Origin: Candidatus Bathyarchaeota archaeon
GTDB taxonomy: Archaea; Thermoproteota; CALKCG01; B24; DRYS01
Assembly: GCA_018396535.1 (NCBI GenBank)
Contig: JAGTQC010000003.1
Span: forward strand, 112,052 to 176,051
Direction of reading: 5' to 3'
DNA length: 64,000 nucleotides
Part shown: positions 40,344 to 50,848 of the stretch, piece by piece
How positions within the stretch are numbered: position 1 is the stretch's first letter
Layout of the letters: the number at the start of each line of letters is the position of its first letter
Made by a program: the position numbers and the translations under genes
Notes under the pieces: model-generated
What the model saw: the letters and a program-made list of their open reading frames with translations, nothing else
Told to the model about the DNA's origin: nothing
Database searches by the model: none

Positions 40344-40628
40344 ATGATAACGGTAGTTAAAAGGGATGGTAGGAGAGAGGAGTTTATACCTGAGAAGATA
40401 GTCGTAAGCTGTTTGAAATCGGGGGCCTCCCTTGATTCTGCTAGAAAGATAGCTAAGATAGTAGAGGGTAGGATACTAGATCGTGGTTTAACAGAGATTT
40501 CAGCTAGAGAATTAACAAGAATGGTCTTAGATTTATTGAAGAAGGAGAATGAGGAGTGGTATAGAAACTGGATAGTATTTGATAGAGCTGTTAAGAAGAG
40601 AGCTACAGAAGAGGAGATTAAAGCCTAA
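40344..40628 (+). CDS. Stand-alone ATP-cone domain protein
   Basis: VVKRDGRREEFIPEKI. Confidence 0.85.
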   Translation: MITVVKRDGRREEFIPEKIVVSCLKSGASLDSARKIAKIVEGRILDRGLTEISARELTRMVLDLLKKENEEWYRNWIVFDRAVKKRATEEEIKA

Positions 40629-40702
40629 GATAACTAGTGTAAACTAAGATCGTATAGAAATTATGTCTATATCTAGGCTAGATTATCCTAGTGGGATAAG
40701 CT

Positions 40703-41386
40703 ATGTCTAGCTTTGATTCTATCCTAAAATATATTAAGGAGAATCTCAGGCTACCCATAGAATTGTATCTTAAGTTAGCTTCATACATTAGAGATATACT
40801 CGGCTTCGATACTGCTGGTCATGGATGGTTACACATCGATAGAGTTTCTAGATTAGCTATCAAAATAGCATTGAAGGAGGGTGGCGATCTAGACGTTATT
40901 ATACTAGCAGCGCTACTACACGATATAGCTATCCTTAGGGAAATTGATGAAGGTATAGATCATGCTGAGGAAAGCGCTAAGATTGCGTACTCAATCCTCA
41001 GAAACTATAACGTTCCCGATGATATAATCGAGAAGGTCGTCTATAGTATAAGAGTTCATAGATTCGGGGCTGGTATACCTCCAAATACTATCGAAGCTAA
41101 AATTCTTCAAGATGCTGATAGGCTGGATGCACTAGGTGCTGTAGGTATAGCTAGGGCGTTTACTTACGGTGGCTTTAGAAAGCTACCCATGTATATCCCT
41201 GGTGAGAAGCCTGAGGTATACGATCCATTTAAGCTTAAGTCTACTCTTACGCATTTCTACGAGAAGATACTCAGATTAAAGGATGGTATGAATACAGAAA
41301 CTGCTAGGCAGATAGCTGAAGATAGACATAGATTCGTACTAGTTTTTCTAGATAGGCTTCTACATGAAGTTGAGGGTGAGGTCTAG
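40703..41386 (+). CDS. HD-domain phosphohydrolase
   Basis: HGWLH, LLHDI, HAEES, QDADRLDALGAVG. Confidence 0.9.
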   Translation: MSSFDSILKYIKENLRLPIELYLKLASYIRDILGFDTAGHGWLHIDRVSRLAIKIALKEGGDLDVIILAALLHDIAILREIDEGIDHAEESAKIAYSILRNYNVPDDIIEKVVYSIRVHRFGAGIPPNTIEAKILQDADRLDALGAVGIARAFTYGGFRKLPMYIPGEKPEVYDPFKLKSTLTHFYEKILRLKDGMNTETARQIAEDRHRFVLVFLDRLLHEVEGEV

Positions 41387-41388
41387 TT

Positions 41389-42177
41389 ATGCTTAAGCTC
41401 ATAGGGCTGGGACTGAATGTATACGGTATAACACTTGAAGGGTTATCTGAAGCTAGGTCTTGTGATAAAATATACGTAGAATTGTATACGAGTATCATAC
41501 CTAATTTAAACTTAGATACTCTTAGACAAATCATAGGTAGGGACATAACATTACTTAAACGTAGGGATATTGAGGAAGGGTCTGATTATATCATAGAAGA
41601 AGCTGGTAGATATGATGTGGCACTATTAACTCCGGGAGATCCGCTTGTAGCTACTACGCATATATCCCTAGTAATTGAAGCACGCAGGAGAAGCATACCT
41701 GTGAAGATAGTTCACTCCTCCTCTATTATCTCAGCGATCTCTGGTGCTACTGGTCTTCAAATATATAATTTTGGTAGAGTTATAACGTTAACCAGAGCTG
41801 CGGGCGGCTCCCTTCCTTTATCTGTATACGATGTCGTAGAAGATAACCTAGGTAGAGGTCTACATACGTTAATTCTCCTAGATATAGACGTAGAAGCTGG
41901 ATATTGGATGAGTATAAGTGAAGCTGTAGGGATACTAGAAGCTATGGAGAGTATAGTTGGGAAAAACATATTTTCAAATGATAGGCTAACAGTAGGTGTC
42001 GCTAGAATTGGATCTACGGACGCTGTAGTTAAAGCTGATAAGTTATCTAAGATTAAATATTATGATTTTGGAGGTCCTCCACATAGCTTAGTTATTCCTG
42101 GTAGGCTACACTTTATGGAGGTTAAAGCATTAATATGTCTCGCGGATGCTCCTCAGGATCTCTTGAAGATAGCTTAA
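41389..42177 (+). CDS. dph5: Diphthine synthase
   Basis: IGLGL, ELYTS, GDPLVATTH, GLQIYNFG, HTLILLD, GPPHSL. Confidence 0.95.
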   Translation: MLKLIGLGLNVYGITLEGLSEARSCDKIYVELYTSIIPNLNLDTLRQIIGRDITLLKRRDIEEGSDYIIEEAGRYDVALLTPGDPLVATTHISLVIEARRRSIPVKIVHSSSIISAISGATGLQIYNFGRVITLTRAAGGSLPLSVYDVVEDNLGRGLHTLILLDIDVEAGYWMSISEAVGILEAMESIVGKNIFSNDRLTVGVARIGSTDAVVKADKLSKIKYYDFGGPPHSLVIPGRLHFMEVKALICLADAPQDLLKIA

Positions 42178-42425
42178 AGACTAGAGCTTTAAGGTATATA
42201 GAGAATATGCGTAGGATCCTATCGGAGGTTGAAGTTACGCAAACAGCTATAGCTATCGATCCGTTAGAGGTTGAGAAACTATTGGATTGGGTTAGAAATT
42301 ACGTAGAGGACTCATACCATTTCCTAGATAAAGGGGATTTAGCTTCAAGTTTAGTAGCTATATGTTATGCTGAAGGTATAATGGAAGCTTTAAGACTTCT
42401 CGGATTAGCTAGATTCGAGTGGTGA
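42135..42425 (+). CDS. DUF357 family protein
   Basis: YVEDSYHFLDKGD...YAEGIMEALRLLG; conserved position between dph5 and ribL. Confidence 0.8.
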   Translation: MSRGCSSGSLEDSLKTRALRYIENMRRILSEVEVTQTAIAIDPLEVEKLLDWVRNYVEDSYHFLDKGDLASSLVAICYAEGIMEALRLLGLARFEW

Positions 42426-42431
42426 ACATGT

Positions 42432-42872
42432 ATGGGTAGGAGGGTTATAGCATCTGGAGTTTTTGATATAGTACATATGGGGCATATCTACTTTCTAAAG
42501 AAGGCTAAGGAAATAGCTGGCTGTGATGGGGAGCTTATAGTCGTGGTAGCTAGAGATTCTACTGTGAAAGCTAAGACTGGTAGACTACCTATCATACCTG
42601 AGGAGGAGAGGCGTGCGATAGTAGAGGAGCTAAAGTCGGTTGATCGAGCAGTCTTAGGATATGAACCCCCTTCTATCCGTAGGATAATAGAGGAGTATAA
42701 ACCTGATGTGATAGTTTTAGGATATGATCAAGATGAAATCGAGAAAGAGGTTAGAAAGATTGTGGAGGATCTAGGTATTGGTATAGAAATAGTTAAGTTA
42801 GGTAGGTTTACATCTTCAAGTATATTAAGCTCCACTGATATTAGAGAGAGACTTTCATCTTATAGGAGGTAA
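42432..42872 (+). CDS. ribL: FAD synthetase (cytidylyltransferase fold)
   Basis: GVFDIVHMGH, VVARD, LGYDQ, SSTDI; adjacent to riboflavin kinase. Confidence 0.85.
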   Translation: MGRRVIASGVFDIVHMGHIYFLKKAKEIAGCDGELIVVVARDSTVKAKTGRLPIIPEEERRAIVEELKSVDRAVLGYEPPSIRRIIEEYKPDVIVLGYDQDEIEKEVRKIVEDLGIGIEIVKLGRFTSSSILSSTDIRERLSSYRR

Positions 42873-42879
42873 TGGATAG

Positions 42880-43557
42880 ATGATAGATGGTAAGAGGATG
42901 AAGCCTCTATACCTGTTAGCTCTAATCAAGCTTATAGAGTTGGGTGCTCATAGAGGGTTTATCGAGATATCTACAAGAAGACTCGGCTCCACCCTAGGAT
43001 TAAGCCAGCAATCCGCCTCCCGGCTTCTAAGAAAGTTGGAAGCGGAAGGATTAATAGAGAGGAATAGGGAGCTTAGGGGTAGTAGAGTTAAAGTGACTAT
43101 GGAGGGCTTCGTTCCCCTCATAGATCTCTACAATCTACTCAAGAATATCTTAGAGAAGCCATCCGCACTAGTGTTTCGTGGTATAGTCTTCTCGGGTCTA
43201 GGTGAGGGAGCATACTATGTAAGGATATATTCTAAACTTTTCCTAGAAAAGCTAGGCTTTATACCGTATCCTGGTACGTTGAATCTTAAACTCAAAAGCC
43301 TAGATGATATTAAGGTAGCCAGAAGCATACTTATGTTTCCAGCTATAGAGATTAAAGGTTTTAGTAACGGTAGTAGAAGCTATGGAGATGTTAAATGCTA
43401 TAGGGCATATATCAGAAGTGAAGAGGTCTACATAGTATTTCCTGAGAGAACGCATTATAGAAACGATGTAGTCGAGGTCATCTCTGCTGAAAATATTCGT
43501 GAAAAGCTTAGACTTAGAGACGGTGATATAGTGGATGTTGAAGTCCCGGTTTCATAA
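42880..43557 (+). CDS. ribK: CTP-dependent riboflavin kinase with N-terminal wHTH (RbkR)
   Basis: SQQSASR HTH, SGLGEGAYY, PYPGTLN, PERTHY. Confidence 0.9.
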   Translation: MIDGKRMKPLYLLALIKLIELGAHRGFIEISTRRLGSTLGLSQQSASRLLRKLEAEGLIERNRELRGSRVKVTMEGFVPLIDLYNLLKNILEKPSALVFRGIVFSGLGEGAYYVRIYSKLFLEKLGFIPYPGTLNLKLKSLDDIKVARSILMFPAIEIKGFSNGSRSYGDVKCYRAYIRSEEVYIVFPERTHYRNDVVEVISAENIREKLRLRDGDIVDVEVPVS

Positions 43558-44209
43558 TATAAATTTAAGTAAGTTTGAAAATGTTCAAAGAGTAATAGCT
43601 TCTAAGATAATTCTTTCCGATATGTTCCATAAGCCCTTGAGGAGGGTTGCTGGTGTAGATGTAAGTTTTAAGAATAATTTCGGTTGCGCTGCTTCAGTTA
43701 TACTAGATATCCAGGATATGAGTATCGTAGATGTAAGCTATGCTTCAGGTAAAGTTTCAGTACCATACTACCCCGGCTTTCTAGGTTTTAGAGAAATTCA
43801 ATTATCGATGAAATCTATTAAGAAGCTGAATGAATGGTTCGATATACTACTCTGTAATGGTCATGGTATAGCTCATCCTAGATCGTGTGGGTTAGCATCA
43901 CATATAGGCGTAGTACTTAACTCACCTACAATAGGTGTAGCTTTAAATCCTTTAAAGGGGTTTGAATATGAGGAGCCTTCTAAAGATGGAGAATCTAAGC
44001 CTATATTCTATTCAGGTAGACATGTTGGCTATATTCTCCGCCATCATGCAAGATATATCTTCATATCGCCAGGCAATATGGTTTCACTCGACTCTTGCTT
44101 AGAGATTGTTAGATCTTGTATGGATGCACATATACTCCCCGAACCCCTATATCTTGCCCACGCACTTTCCAAGAAGTACATGAATAGCTTATACCCTGGT
44201 TTAACTTGA
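43535..44209 (+). CDS. nfi: Endonuclease V
   Basis: GVDVSF, PYYPGFLGFRE, GHGIAHPR, TIGVA, PEP. Confidence 0.9.
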   Translation: MLKSRFHNINLSKFENVQRVIASKIILSDMFHKPLRRVAGVDVSFKNNFGCAASVILDIQDMSIVDVSYASGKVSVPYYPGFLGFREIQLSMKSIKKLNEWFDILLCNGHGIAHPRSCGLASHIGVVLNSPTIGVALNPLKGFEYEEPSKDGESKPIFYSGRHVGYILRHHARYIFISPGNMVSLDSCLEIVRSCMDAHILPEPLYLAHALSKKYMNSLYPGLT

Positions 44210-44286
44210 ACATGTCAAATATACACGTTTAATATAAAAGTATTTATATCAAAGTTGTCTTATAGAATGGTATCTAGTGAAGATAT

Positions 44287-45591
44287 ATGAAGCTTCATGT
44301 AAAAATGCTAGCTCTAGCTTTAGCATGTCTTATAGTAGGCGGTGTAGTAGGTTATGTTATCGGTAGTACCATCGGTGTAGTCCCAATGGTAGAGTATGAG
44401 AGGATAAAATCTGCGTACGATGATCTATCAGCAAAATATAATAGGTTAATTAGCGACTATAACAATGTTATAGCTGAACTTAATGCTTTGAAGAAACCAT
44501 TAAAAGTTGGCTTTATATATGTAGGACCTGTTCTCGACTATGGATGGACACGTGCTCATGATGATGCTCGTAAGTATCTAGAACAGATATTCCCATGGAT
44601 TAAGACTATAGCTGTAGAAAGTGTTCTAGAAGCCGATTGTCCTAGAGTCATAGATAGGCTCATATTAGATGAGAAATGCGATGTCGTATTCACGACGAGC
44701 TTCGGATTCATGGATGCAACATATGAAGCTGGTGTGAAGTATCCAGATAAGATATTCTTCCATTGTTCAGGTTATAGGAGGAGAGCGAATGTAGGTACAT
44801 ATTTCGCAGAATTCTATCAGTTATACTATCTTAACGGTCTTATAGCTGGTGCTTTAACAAAAACTAATAAGATAGGGTATGTAGCAGCTCATCCGATACC
44901 TGAAGTCGTTCGTCATATAAACGCTTTCGCTCTAGGTGTTAAGGAAGTTAACCCTGAAGCTAAAGTTGATGTTAGATGGCTATTCGAATGGTATAATCCA
45001 TCGAAGGCTAGAGAGGCTGCTGAAGCACTTATATCATGGGGCGCTGATGTTTTAGCGTTTACAGAGGATTCTCCTACAGTTGTCGAAGTTTGTGAAGAAT
45101 ACACTACTAAGCGTGGTAAACCCGTATACTCCTTTGCTCACTATAGTCCTATGCTTAAATTTGGGCCAAACTCATGTGTTAGTGGGCAGCTCGTACACTG
45201 GGAGGTTATATACGCTGATATTCTTTCGAAGATAAGAGCTGGATACTATACCAATAAGAATCTAGAGAATGTAGATTATTGGTGGATGCTTAGGGAGGGT
45301 GCTGTAGAGCTTGGATGCGATTATGGCGTTCCTATAAACCCGAAGTTCATACCTATGCTTAAAGAGAAGTATATAGATCACCCAGAGTTCGGTAGGATAA
45401 GCATATACGATCTAGTGATGAAGAGATTGGAGCAGATGTCCGAGGATACAGTCGTATTCGACCCCTTCACAGGGCCGATCTATGATAATAAGGGTAGGCT
45501 TAGAGTTGAGCCTGGGCGTAGAATGACTCATGATGAGTTATGGACTATAGACTGGTTTGTGGATAATATTATCGCTGAAGTCCCTAGGTGA
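44287..45591 (+). CDS. BMP family ABC transporter substrate-binding protein (nucleoside/purine)
   Basis: VGFIYVGP..DYGW, TTSFGF, INAFALG; N-terminal TM helix. Confidence 0.9.
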   Translation: MKLHVKMLALALACLIVGGVVGYVIGSTIGVVPMVEYERIKSAYDDLSAKYNRLISDYNNVIAELNALKKPLKVGFIYVGPVLDYGWTRAHDDARKYLEQIFPWIKTIAVESVLEADCPRVIDRLILDEKCDVVFTTSFGFMDATYEAGVKYPDKIFFHCSGYRRRANVGTYFAEFYQLYYLNGLIAGALTKTNKIGYVAAHPIPEVVRHINAFALGVKEVNPEAKVDVRWLFEWYNPSKAREAAEALISWGADVLAFTEDSPTVVEVCEEYTTKRGKPVYSFAHYSPMLKFGPNSCVSGQLVHWEVIYADILSKIRAGYYTNKNLENVDYWWMLREGAVELGCDYGVPINPKFIPMLKEKYIDHPEFGRISIYDLVMKRLEQMSEDTVVFDPFTGPIYDNKGRLRVEPGRRMTHDELWTIDWFVDNIIAEVPR

Positions 45592-45637
45592 TCCATACAT
45601 CCTTCCACTCAACCCTCGTCTTTAAATTTCTTTTTAT

Positions 45638-47134
45638 ATGGTGTCTACGGATATGATGGAAGAACTAGTAAGGATGGTAGGGATAACGAAACATTTCTCT
45701 AATGTAGTTGCTAACGATTCTATAGACTTTACGCTGCATAAAGGTGAAGTTCACGGACTGCTTGGTGAGAATGGCGCTGGTAAATCAACTCTCATGAATA
45801 TACTATACGGATTGTATAAACCTGATTCTGGTGAGATCTACTTTGAGGGAAGGAGGGTTTATATAAATTCACCTAGGGATGCTATAAGGCTTGGTATAGG
45901 TAGGGTCCCCCAGATCCCGGAGCTTGTCGAAAGTTTAACCGTAGCCGAGAATTTAGCGATGCTACTACCAGGTCTTACTATGGGTAGAAGGTTAGATTAT
46001 GTGAAGGAGGTAGCAGAAAGGTACGGTATCTCACTCGATTTAGATGCTTTAGTATGTAATCTATCTTTTGGAGAGAAGCATAAGATCGAGCTTATTAAAG
46101 GTATAATGAGAGGATCTAAGGTACTCATACTAGATGAATCTACTACTATGCTTTCACCTCGAGAAATCGATTCACTCTTCGGTTGTATATCTAAGATGAG
46201 GGATGAAGGTAGAGGCATAGTCTTCGTATCGCATAGGATACCTGAAGTCCTAAGGATAGCTGATAGGATTACCATACTAAGAAAGGGTAGACGTATTGCC
46301 TCCGTTATGAGGAATGAAGTGGATGAACATGAACTTGTTAGACTTATGATCGGTACGGATATCGATAAGTCTATAGCTAAAGATAAGGTGAGTTTGGGTG
46401 AGGAAATACTTCGAGTCGAGGACCTTCACGTACTCGATGACATCGGTGGAGAAGCTGTTAAAGGCGTAAGCTTCTCTATTAGAAGAGGTGAAATATTCGG
46501 TATAGCTGGTGTCGCTGGTAATGGGCAGAGAGAACTTGTAGAAGCTATTACAGGTTTGAGAGATATTGAGAAGGGGAGGATTCTTATAAAAGGTAAGGAG
46601 CTATCCTCTCCAAGATGCTTCCGTCTATATGGATCGCATATACCAGATGAACGTATAGGGCTAGGTGTATTACCTTCGCTTACGGTTTTAGAGAATATCG
46701 CTTTAATCTTCTACAAAAGTTTCTCGAATAACGGTTTCATTAGGTTTAATGATCTAAGATCGTATGCCAGAAGACTTATCGAAACATACGGTGTCGTAAC
46801 TCCTAGTCTAGAAATCCTAGCGGGTAAACTTTCTGGAGGTAATATAGCGAGATTAATCTTAGCTAGGGAGCTTTCAGCTGATAAAGATCTAATCGTAGCT
46901 TTTCATCCAACTTTCGGTTTAGATGTTGCTTCAGCCAGTATGATTAGGAGACTTATACTGGAGCTTAGAAGAAAGTCGGCTATACTTCTAGTATCCGAGG
47001 ATCTAGATGAAATACTTCAACTTAGCGATAGAATAGCCGTTATGTATGGAGGAAGGTTTATAGGAGTTATGGATTCAGATGAAGTGGATCTTGAGAAGAT
47101 AGGTTTAATGATGGGTGGTGTTGTAGCTTCATGA
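45638..47134 (+). CDS. CUT2/nucleoside ABC transporter ATPase (two ABC domains)
   Basis: GENGAGKS, GVAGNGQRE, LSGGN. Confidence 0.9.
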   Translation: MVSTDMMEELVRMVGITKHFSNVVANDSIDFTLHKGEVHGLLGENGAGKSTLMNILYGLYKPDSGEIYFEGRRVYINSPRDAIRLGIGRVPQIPELVESLTVAENLAMLLPGLTMGRRLDYVKEVAERYGISLDLDALVCNLSFGEKHKIELIKGIMRGSKVLILDESTTMLSPREIDSLFGCISKMRDEGRGIVFVSHRIPEVLRIADRITILRKGRRIASVMRNEVDEHELVRLMIGTDIDKSIAKDKVSLGEEILRVEDLHVLDDIGGEAVKGVSFSIRRGEIFGIAGVAGNGQRELVEAITGLRDIEKGRILIKGKELSSPRCFRLYGSHIPDERIGLGVLPSLTVLENIALIFYKSFSNNGFIRFNDLRSYARRLIETYGVVTPSLEILAGKLSGGNIARLILARELSADKDLIVAFHPTFGLDVASASMIRRLILELRRKSAILLVSEDLDEILQLSDRIAVMYGGRFIGVMDSDEVDLEKIGLMMGGVVAS

Positions 47135-48216
47135 AGATTAGGATTACACGATATTTAAGAATAGAGAGGAGAGGGGAGCTGGGGTTAATGGGTAGAATAC
47201 TCATGAAGATTCTAGCTATACTTCTCGCCCTCCTCTTTTCGGCTATGATATTTGCTATAAGCGGGGTTGACCCGTGGTATGCATACACGCTTATATTTGT
47301 AAAATCCTTCACATACTCAGGGTTAACCGAGATAGCAACTAAGCTAATCCCTATACTACTATGTACGGTAGGCCTTACTGTAGCGTTTAAAGCTGGTGTA
47401 TGGAATATAGGTGCTGAGGGACAGCTACTCCTAGGAGCTATAGGTGCAACTTGGATAGCTTTATTCGTAGATGTATACGATCAGCTTCGTCTACCTCTAG
47501 CCATACTAGTCGGTATGGTATCTGGGGCTTCATGGGGTCTTATACCCGTAATATTAAAAGTTAGATTAAACGTAAATGAGGTGGTCTCCACGCTTATGAT
47601 GAATTATATAGCTAGTGGGATAGTGGATTACCTAGTTTATGGACCGTGGAAGGGTGCTCGTGAATGGGGATTCCCGTACACAGATAAGTTTCCTGATACA
47701 GCTTGGCTTCCACTCATACCAGGTACAAGGATACATTGGCCTACACTTCTACTTAGCGTACTCTCATCCATACTGGTATACATACTTCTATCTAGGACTG
47801 CTCTAGGCTTCGAAATTAAGGTATGTGGTCAGGGTAAGAGAGTTGCAGACTATCTAGGTATACCATATGGTAGTAGATTGATAATAGCTATGATCATAAG
47901 CGGGGGGTTAGCAGGTTTAGCAGGTGTGGGTGAAGTATGTGGTGTACATAGACGTTTAAGATATGCATCATCGATATCCTCTGGATATGGGTATACCGCT
48001 ATAATAAGTGCATGGCTCAGTGGGTTAAACCCCATCGGCTCAATACCATCTTCATTCTTTCTAGCATTCCTACTAACTGGTAGGGATATAATACAAGTAT
48101 CCCTAGGTCTCCCGTTTGCGACTTCGAATATATTTAATGGTTCGATCCTTATATCAATACTCATAGTAGAAGTTCTAGGTAGGTATCGTATAAGGTGGGG
48201 TAGATGGACTATATAA
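47131..48216 (+). CDS. Nucleoside ABC transporter permease 1
   Basis: WNIGAEGQ, NEVVSTLMMNY, SGGLAGLAG. Confidence 0.9.
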   Translation: MKIRITRYLRIERRGELGLMGRILMKILAILLALLFSAMIFAISGVDPWYAYTLIFVKSFTYSGLTEIATKLIPILLCTVGLTVAFKAGVWNIGAEGQLLLGAIGATWIALFVDVYDQLRLPLAILVGMVSGASWGLIPVILKVRLNVNEVVSTLMMNYIASGIVDYLVYGPWKGAREWGFPYTDKFPDTAWLPLIPGTRIHWPTLLLSVLSSILVYILLSRTALGFEIKVCGQGKRVADYLGIPYGSRLIIAMIISGGLAGLAGVGEVCGVHRRLRYASSISSGYGYTAIISAWLSGLNPIGSIPSSFFLAFLLTGRDIIQVSLGLPFATSNIFNGSILISILIVEVLGRYRIRWGRWTI

Positions 48217-49127
48217 CAGAATTCATCGCTATGATGGTAAGTGCTAGTACACCCATCCTATTAGCCGCTCTAGGCGAGATATACGCTGAGCGTTCAGGCA
48301 TACTGAATCTAGGTGTAGAAGGTATGATGGCTGCAGGTGCTGCTATAGCTTTCTATACAACGCTATTCACGAGAAATATAGTTATTGGGCTTCTCTCAGC
48401 TTGCATAGCTGGTATGCTCCTCTCACTTATACATGGCTTCATCTCGATAACGATTAAATCTAATCAGATAGTATCTGGGTTAGCTCTATCTATGATTGGT
48501 TTAGGTATAAGCTCCCTTATAGGTAGGAATCTTGTAGGTACACCCTTACGTAATTCTCTAGGGATAGTGGAGATAGCTATCCTATCAGATATACCTATTT
48601 TAGGGGCATTCTTTAGACAGAATACTTTAACATACCTATCTTACATACTCACAGCTATCCTATGGTATATACTCTTCAAGACCAAGATAGGTATAGCTAT
48701 AAGGATGGTTGGTGATAATCCTAAATCCGCCGACTCCATAGGTATAAACGTGTACGCGGTTAGATATGGATGCACACTTATCGGGGGGGTTTTAGCAGGT
48801 CTAGCTGGGGCATATCTAAGCGTAGCATATACGCCTACATGGATAGAAGGTATGACCGCTGGTCAAGGATGGATAGCTCTTGCTCTTACAGTATTCTCAG
48901 CATGGAATCCGTTCTACGCTCTTATAGGATCATACCTATTCGGTGGGATAAGAATATTACAATTCAGGTTGCAACCGCTGAAGTTATCTCCTCCACTCCT
49001 ATCAACCCTACCATACCTGTTCACAATAGTAGCACTAGCATTACTCAATATCGAGAGGATTAGGCGGAGGATAGGAGCACCGCAATATCTCGGTAAACCT
49101 TATCATAGAGAGGAGGCGTGGATGTAA
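48204..49127 (+). CDS. Nucleoside ABC transporter permease 2
   Basis: ERSGILNLGVEGMM, GQGWIALA. Confidence 0.9.
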   Translation: MDYITEFIAMMVSASTPILLAALGEIYAERSGILNLGVEGMMAAGAAIAFYTTLFTRNIVIGLLSACIAGMLLSLIHGFISITIKSNQIVSGLALSMIGLGISSLIGRNLVGTPLRNSLGIVEIAILSDIPILGAFFRQNTLTYLSYILTAILWYILFKTKIGIAIRMVGDNPKSADSIGINVYAVRYGCTLIGGVLAGLAGAYLSVAYTPTWIEGMTAGQGWIALALTVFSAWNPFYALIGSYLFGGIRILQFRLQPLKLSPPLLSTLPYLFTIVALALLNIERIRRRIGAPQYLGKPYHREEAWM

Positions 49128-49139
49128 TAAGTATACCGG

Positions 49140-49772
49140 TTAACCTATAAACTTTGATAGAGTATCGATAAGCTTTCTCTTACTCAATTCGAATAGTAGT
49201 TCGCTTTCAGTAGTCTCGACTATCCTTCTAGCTATATCGATCTTATGTCTAAGTTTACCAGATAGAGCTGGAGGCGCTTCTACGAGTAATAGCTCCTCAT
49301 ATATCCACTTCATAACGTTGAAATACTCTTCAGCACTGGTAGGATTTCCTACTCTCAGATACTCTAATATGCATCGCCTAAGTTCACCTACAAGGTCAGC
49401 TAAACCTAATAGGTATATAGATGGGCTTACATCTAAATCCCTCGGTAATCTAGGCTTCTCTCCATCCATGCAGCATATGTATAGGTATGCCTCTACATAC
49501 TCTTGGCATGCTGTCTTATACGATTCAGTCCAGATTACCCCTGGATACGATGATATCAGATTCCTAAGAGTATTCAACCTAGCTTCAGCTTCTCTTAAGT
49601 TTATACGGGCCTTCTCCAGCTCCCCCTTATGACGATTGAGTATCGATAGTTTAGAATACCTTACCACTTCTTTGCAGAGTAATCTAATCTTTTCATCCAG
49701 CTCTAACTCCACGCTTAACTCCTCCTTCAATCTATCGAATATCTCGGTTAAAACCTCACGGCTTACCGTCAT
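49140..49772 (-). CDS. Translin/TRAX family protein
   Basis: QEYVEA, YLLGLADLVGELRR, LRHKID. Confidence 0.85.
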   Translation of the reverse strand: MTVSREVLTEIFDRLKEELSVELELDEKIRLLCKEVVRYSKLSILNRHKGELEKARINLREAEARLNTLRNLISSYPGVIWTESYKTACQEYVEAYLYICCMDGEKPRLPRDLDVSPSIYLLGLADLVGELRRCILEYLRVGNPTSAEEYFNVMKWIYEELLLVEAPPALSGKLRHKIDIARRIVETTESELLFELSKRKLIDTLSKFIG

Positions 49773-49821
49773 ATCGAATCCTATGCTAAGAATGATTGTC
49801 TAGAATAATTAAACCTTTAAA

Positions 49822-50748
49822 CTACTTAGCGAGTAGAGCTACACGGCTAGGTTCGAATATATCCACCAACCTGTAACCGGTAGCTTTAGCCAACTTTTCC
49901 GCGAAACATACCACTTCCCCTAGCGTAGGCATAGCATCCCTAGGTAATCTCCTGGTAGATTCTCCAACCCACATATACGCTTTAGGCTCTACAAAATCCG
50001 GGTTAGCTTTATCTATAAGCTTAGCATATCCATCTATCCGCTCCATATTCCACCCCTTAACTAGGGTTATCCTTATAACCCTCCTGGAGTTTACGAAAGT
50101 AGAGAATACTTCTAAACCTTCCAGCATCCTATTCCATCCATCTGGTATCAGCGGGGTTTCTAGCTTTTTGAATACATCCTCATCTGGGCTACATAGGCTT
50201 ATATATAGGTTCGTCGGATACGATGATAATCGTCGAAGACCATCTGGTACTGTTCCTTTAGTTACAAGAAAGCTTGTCATCCCTCTACGCTTAGTAAGTT
50301 CTATAAAATCAGAAAGATACGGGTATAGCAGGCTTTCACCTATAAGACTTATAGCTACGTTAGTAGGGTTGAAAGCTTCTTCTAACATAGATCTATCGAC
50401 TTTCGGATTACCTTTGAAACCTATTAATAGACTCATCTGAGCTTTAATCATTTCATCTAGAAGTGTTTCAGGTTCATCCCATCTAGCCTCTGATAGCGGT
50501 AGCCCTCTCATACCTTTAAAACTCCTCCAGCAGTATAGGCATCTATTCGTACACCAGTATATCGCTGTACTACACTGTAGGCATCTATGACTCTGAACAC
50601 CGTACCATCTCTGTTTGAAACAATGTCTCCCTCCTCTACTCCTCAACGATTCCTTAGTCCATTCACATATCTTTACAGCACTATGCTTATACAACCCAAC
50701 GATTCTGTATCCCTGCCGGTAGTACACCTCCTCTATACCTTTAAGCAT
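49822..50748 (-). CDS. taw1: 4-demethylwyosine synthase (radical SAM)
   Basis: HSAVKICEW, CFKQRWYG, SHRC, CTNRCLYCWR, KAYMWVG. Confidence 0.93.
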   Translation of the reverse strand: MLKGIEEVYYRQGYRIVGLYKHSAVKICEWTKESLRSRGGRHCFKQRWYGVQSHRCLQCSTAIYWCTNRCLYCWRSFKGMRGLPLSEARWDEPETLLDEMIKAQMSLLIGFKGNPKVDRSMLEEAFNPTNVAISLIGESLLYPYLSDFIELTKRRGMTSFLVTKGTVPDGLRRLSSYPTNLYISLCSPDEDVFKKLETPLIPDGWNRMLEGLEVFSTFVNSRRVIRITLVKGWNMERIDGYAKLIDKANPDFVEPKAYMWVGESTRRLPRDAMPTLGEVVCFAEKLAKATGYRLVDIFEPSRVALLAK

Positions 50749-50848
50749 ATCCCTTCATCCTAATCATTGTACGTAGCTTTAAAGTAAACGTTTTTCTAGA
50801 GCTCCGTAAGCTTATAGCCTACTTAAGGTTATACGTAACTGTTGGGAT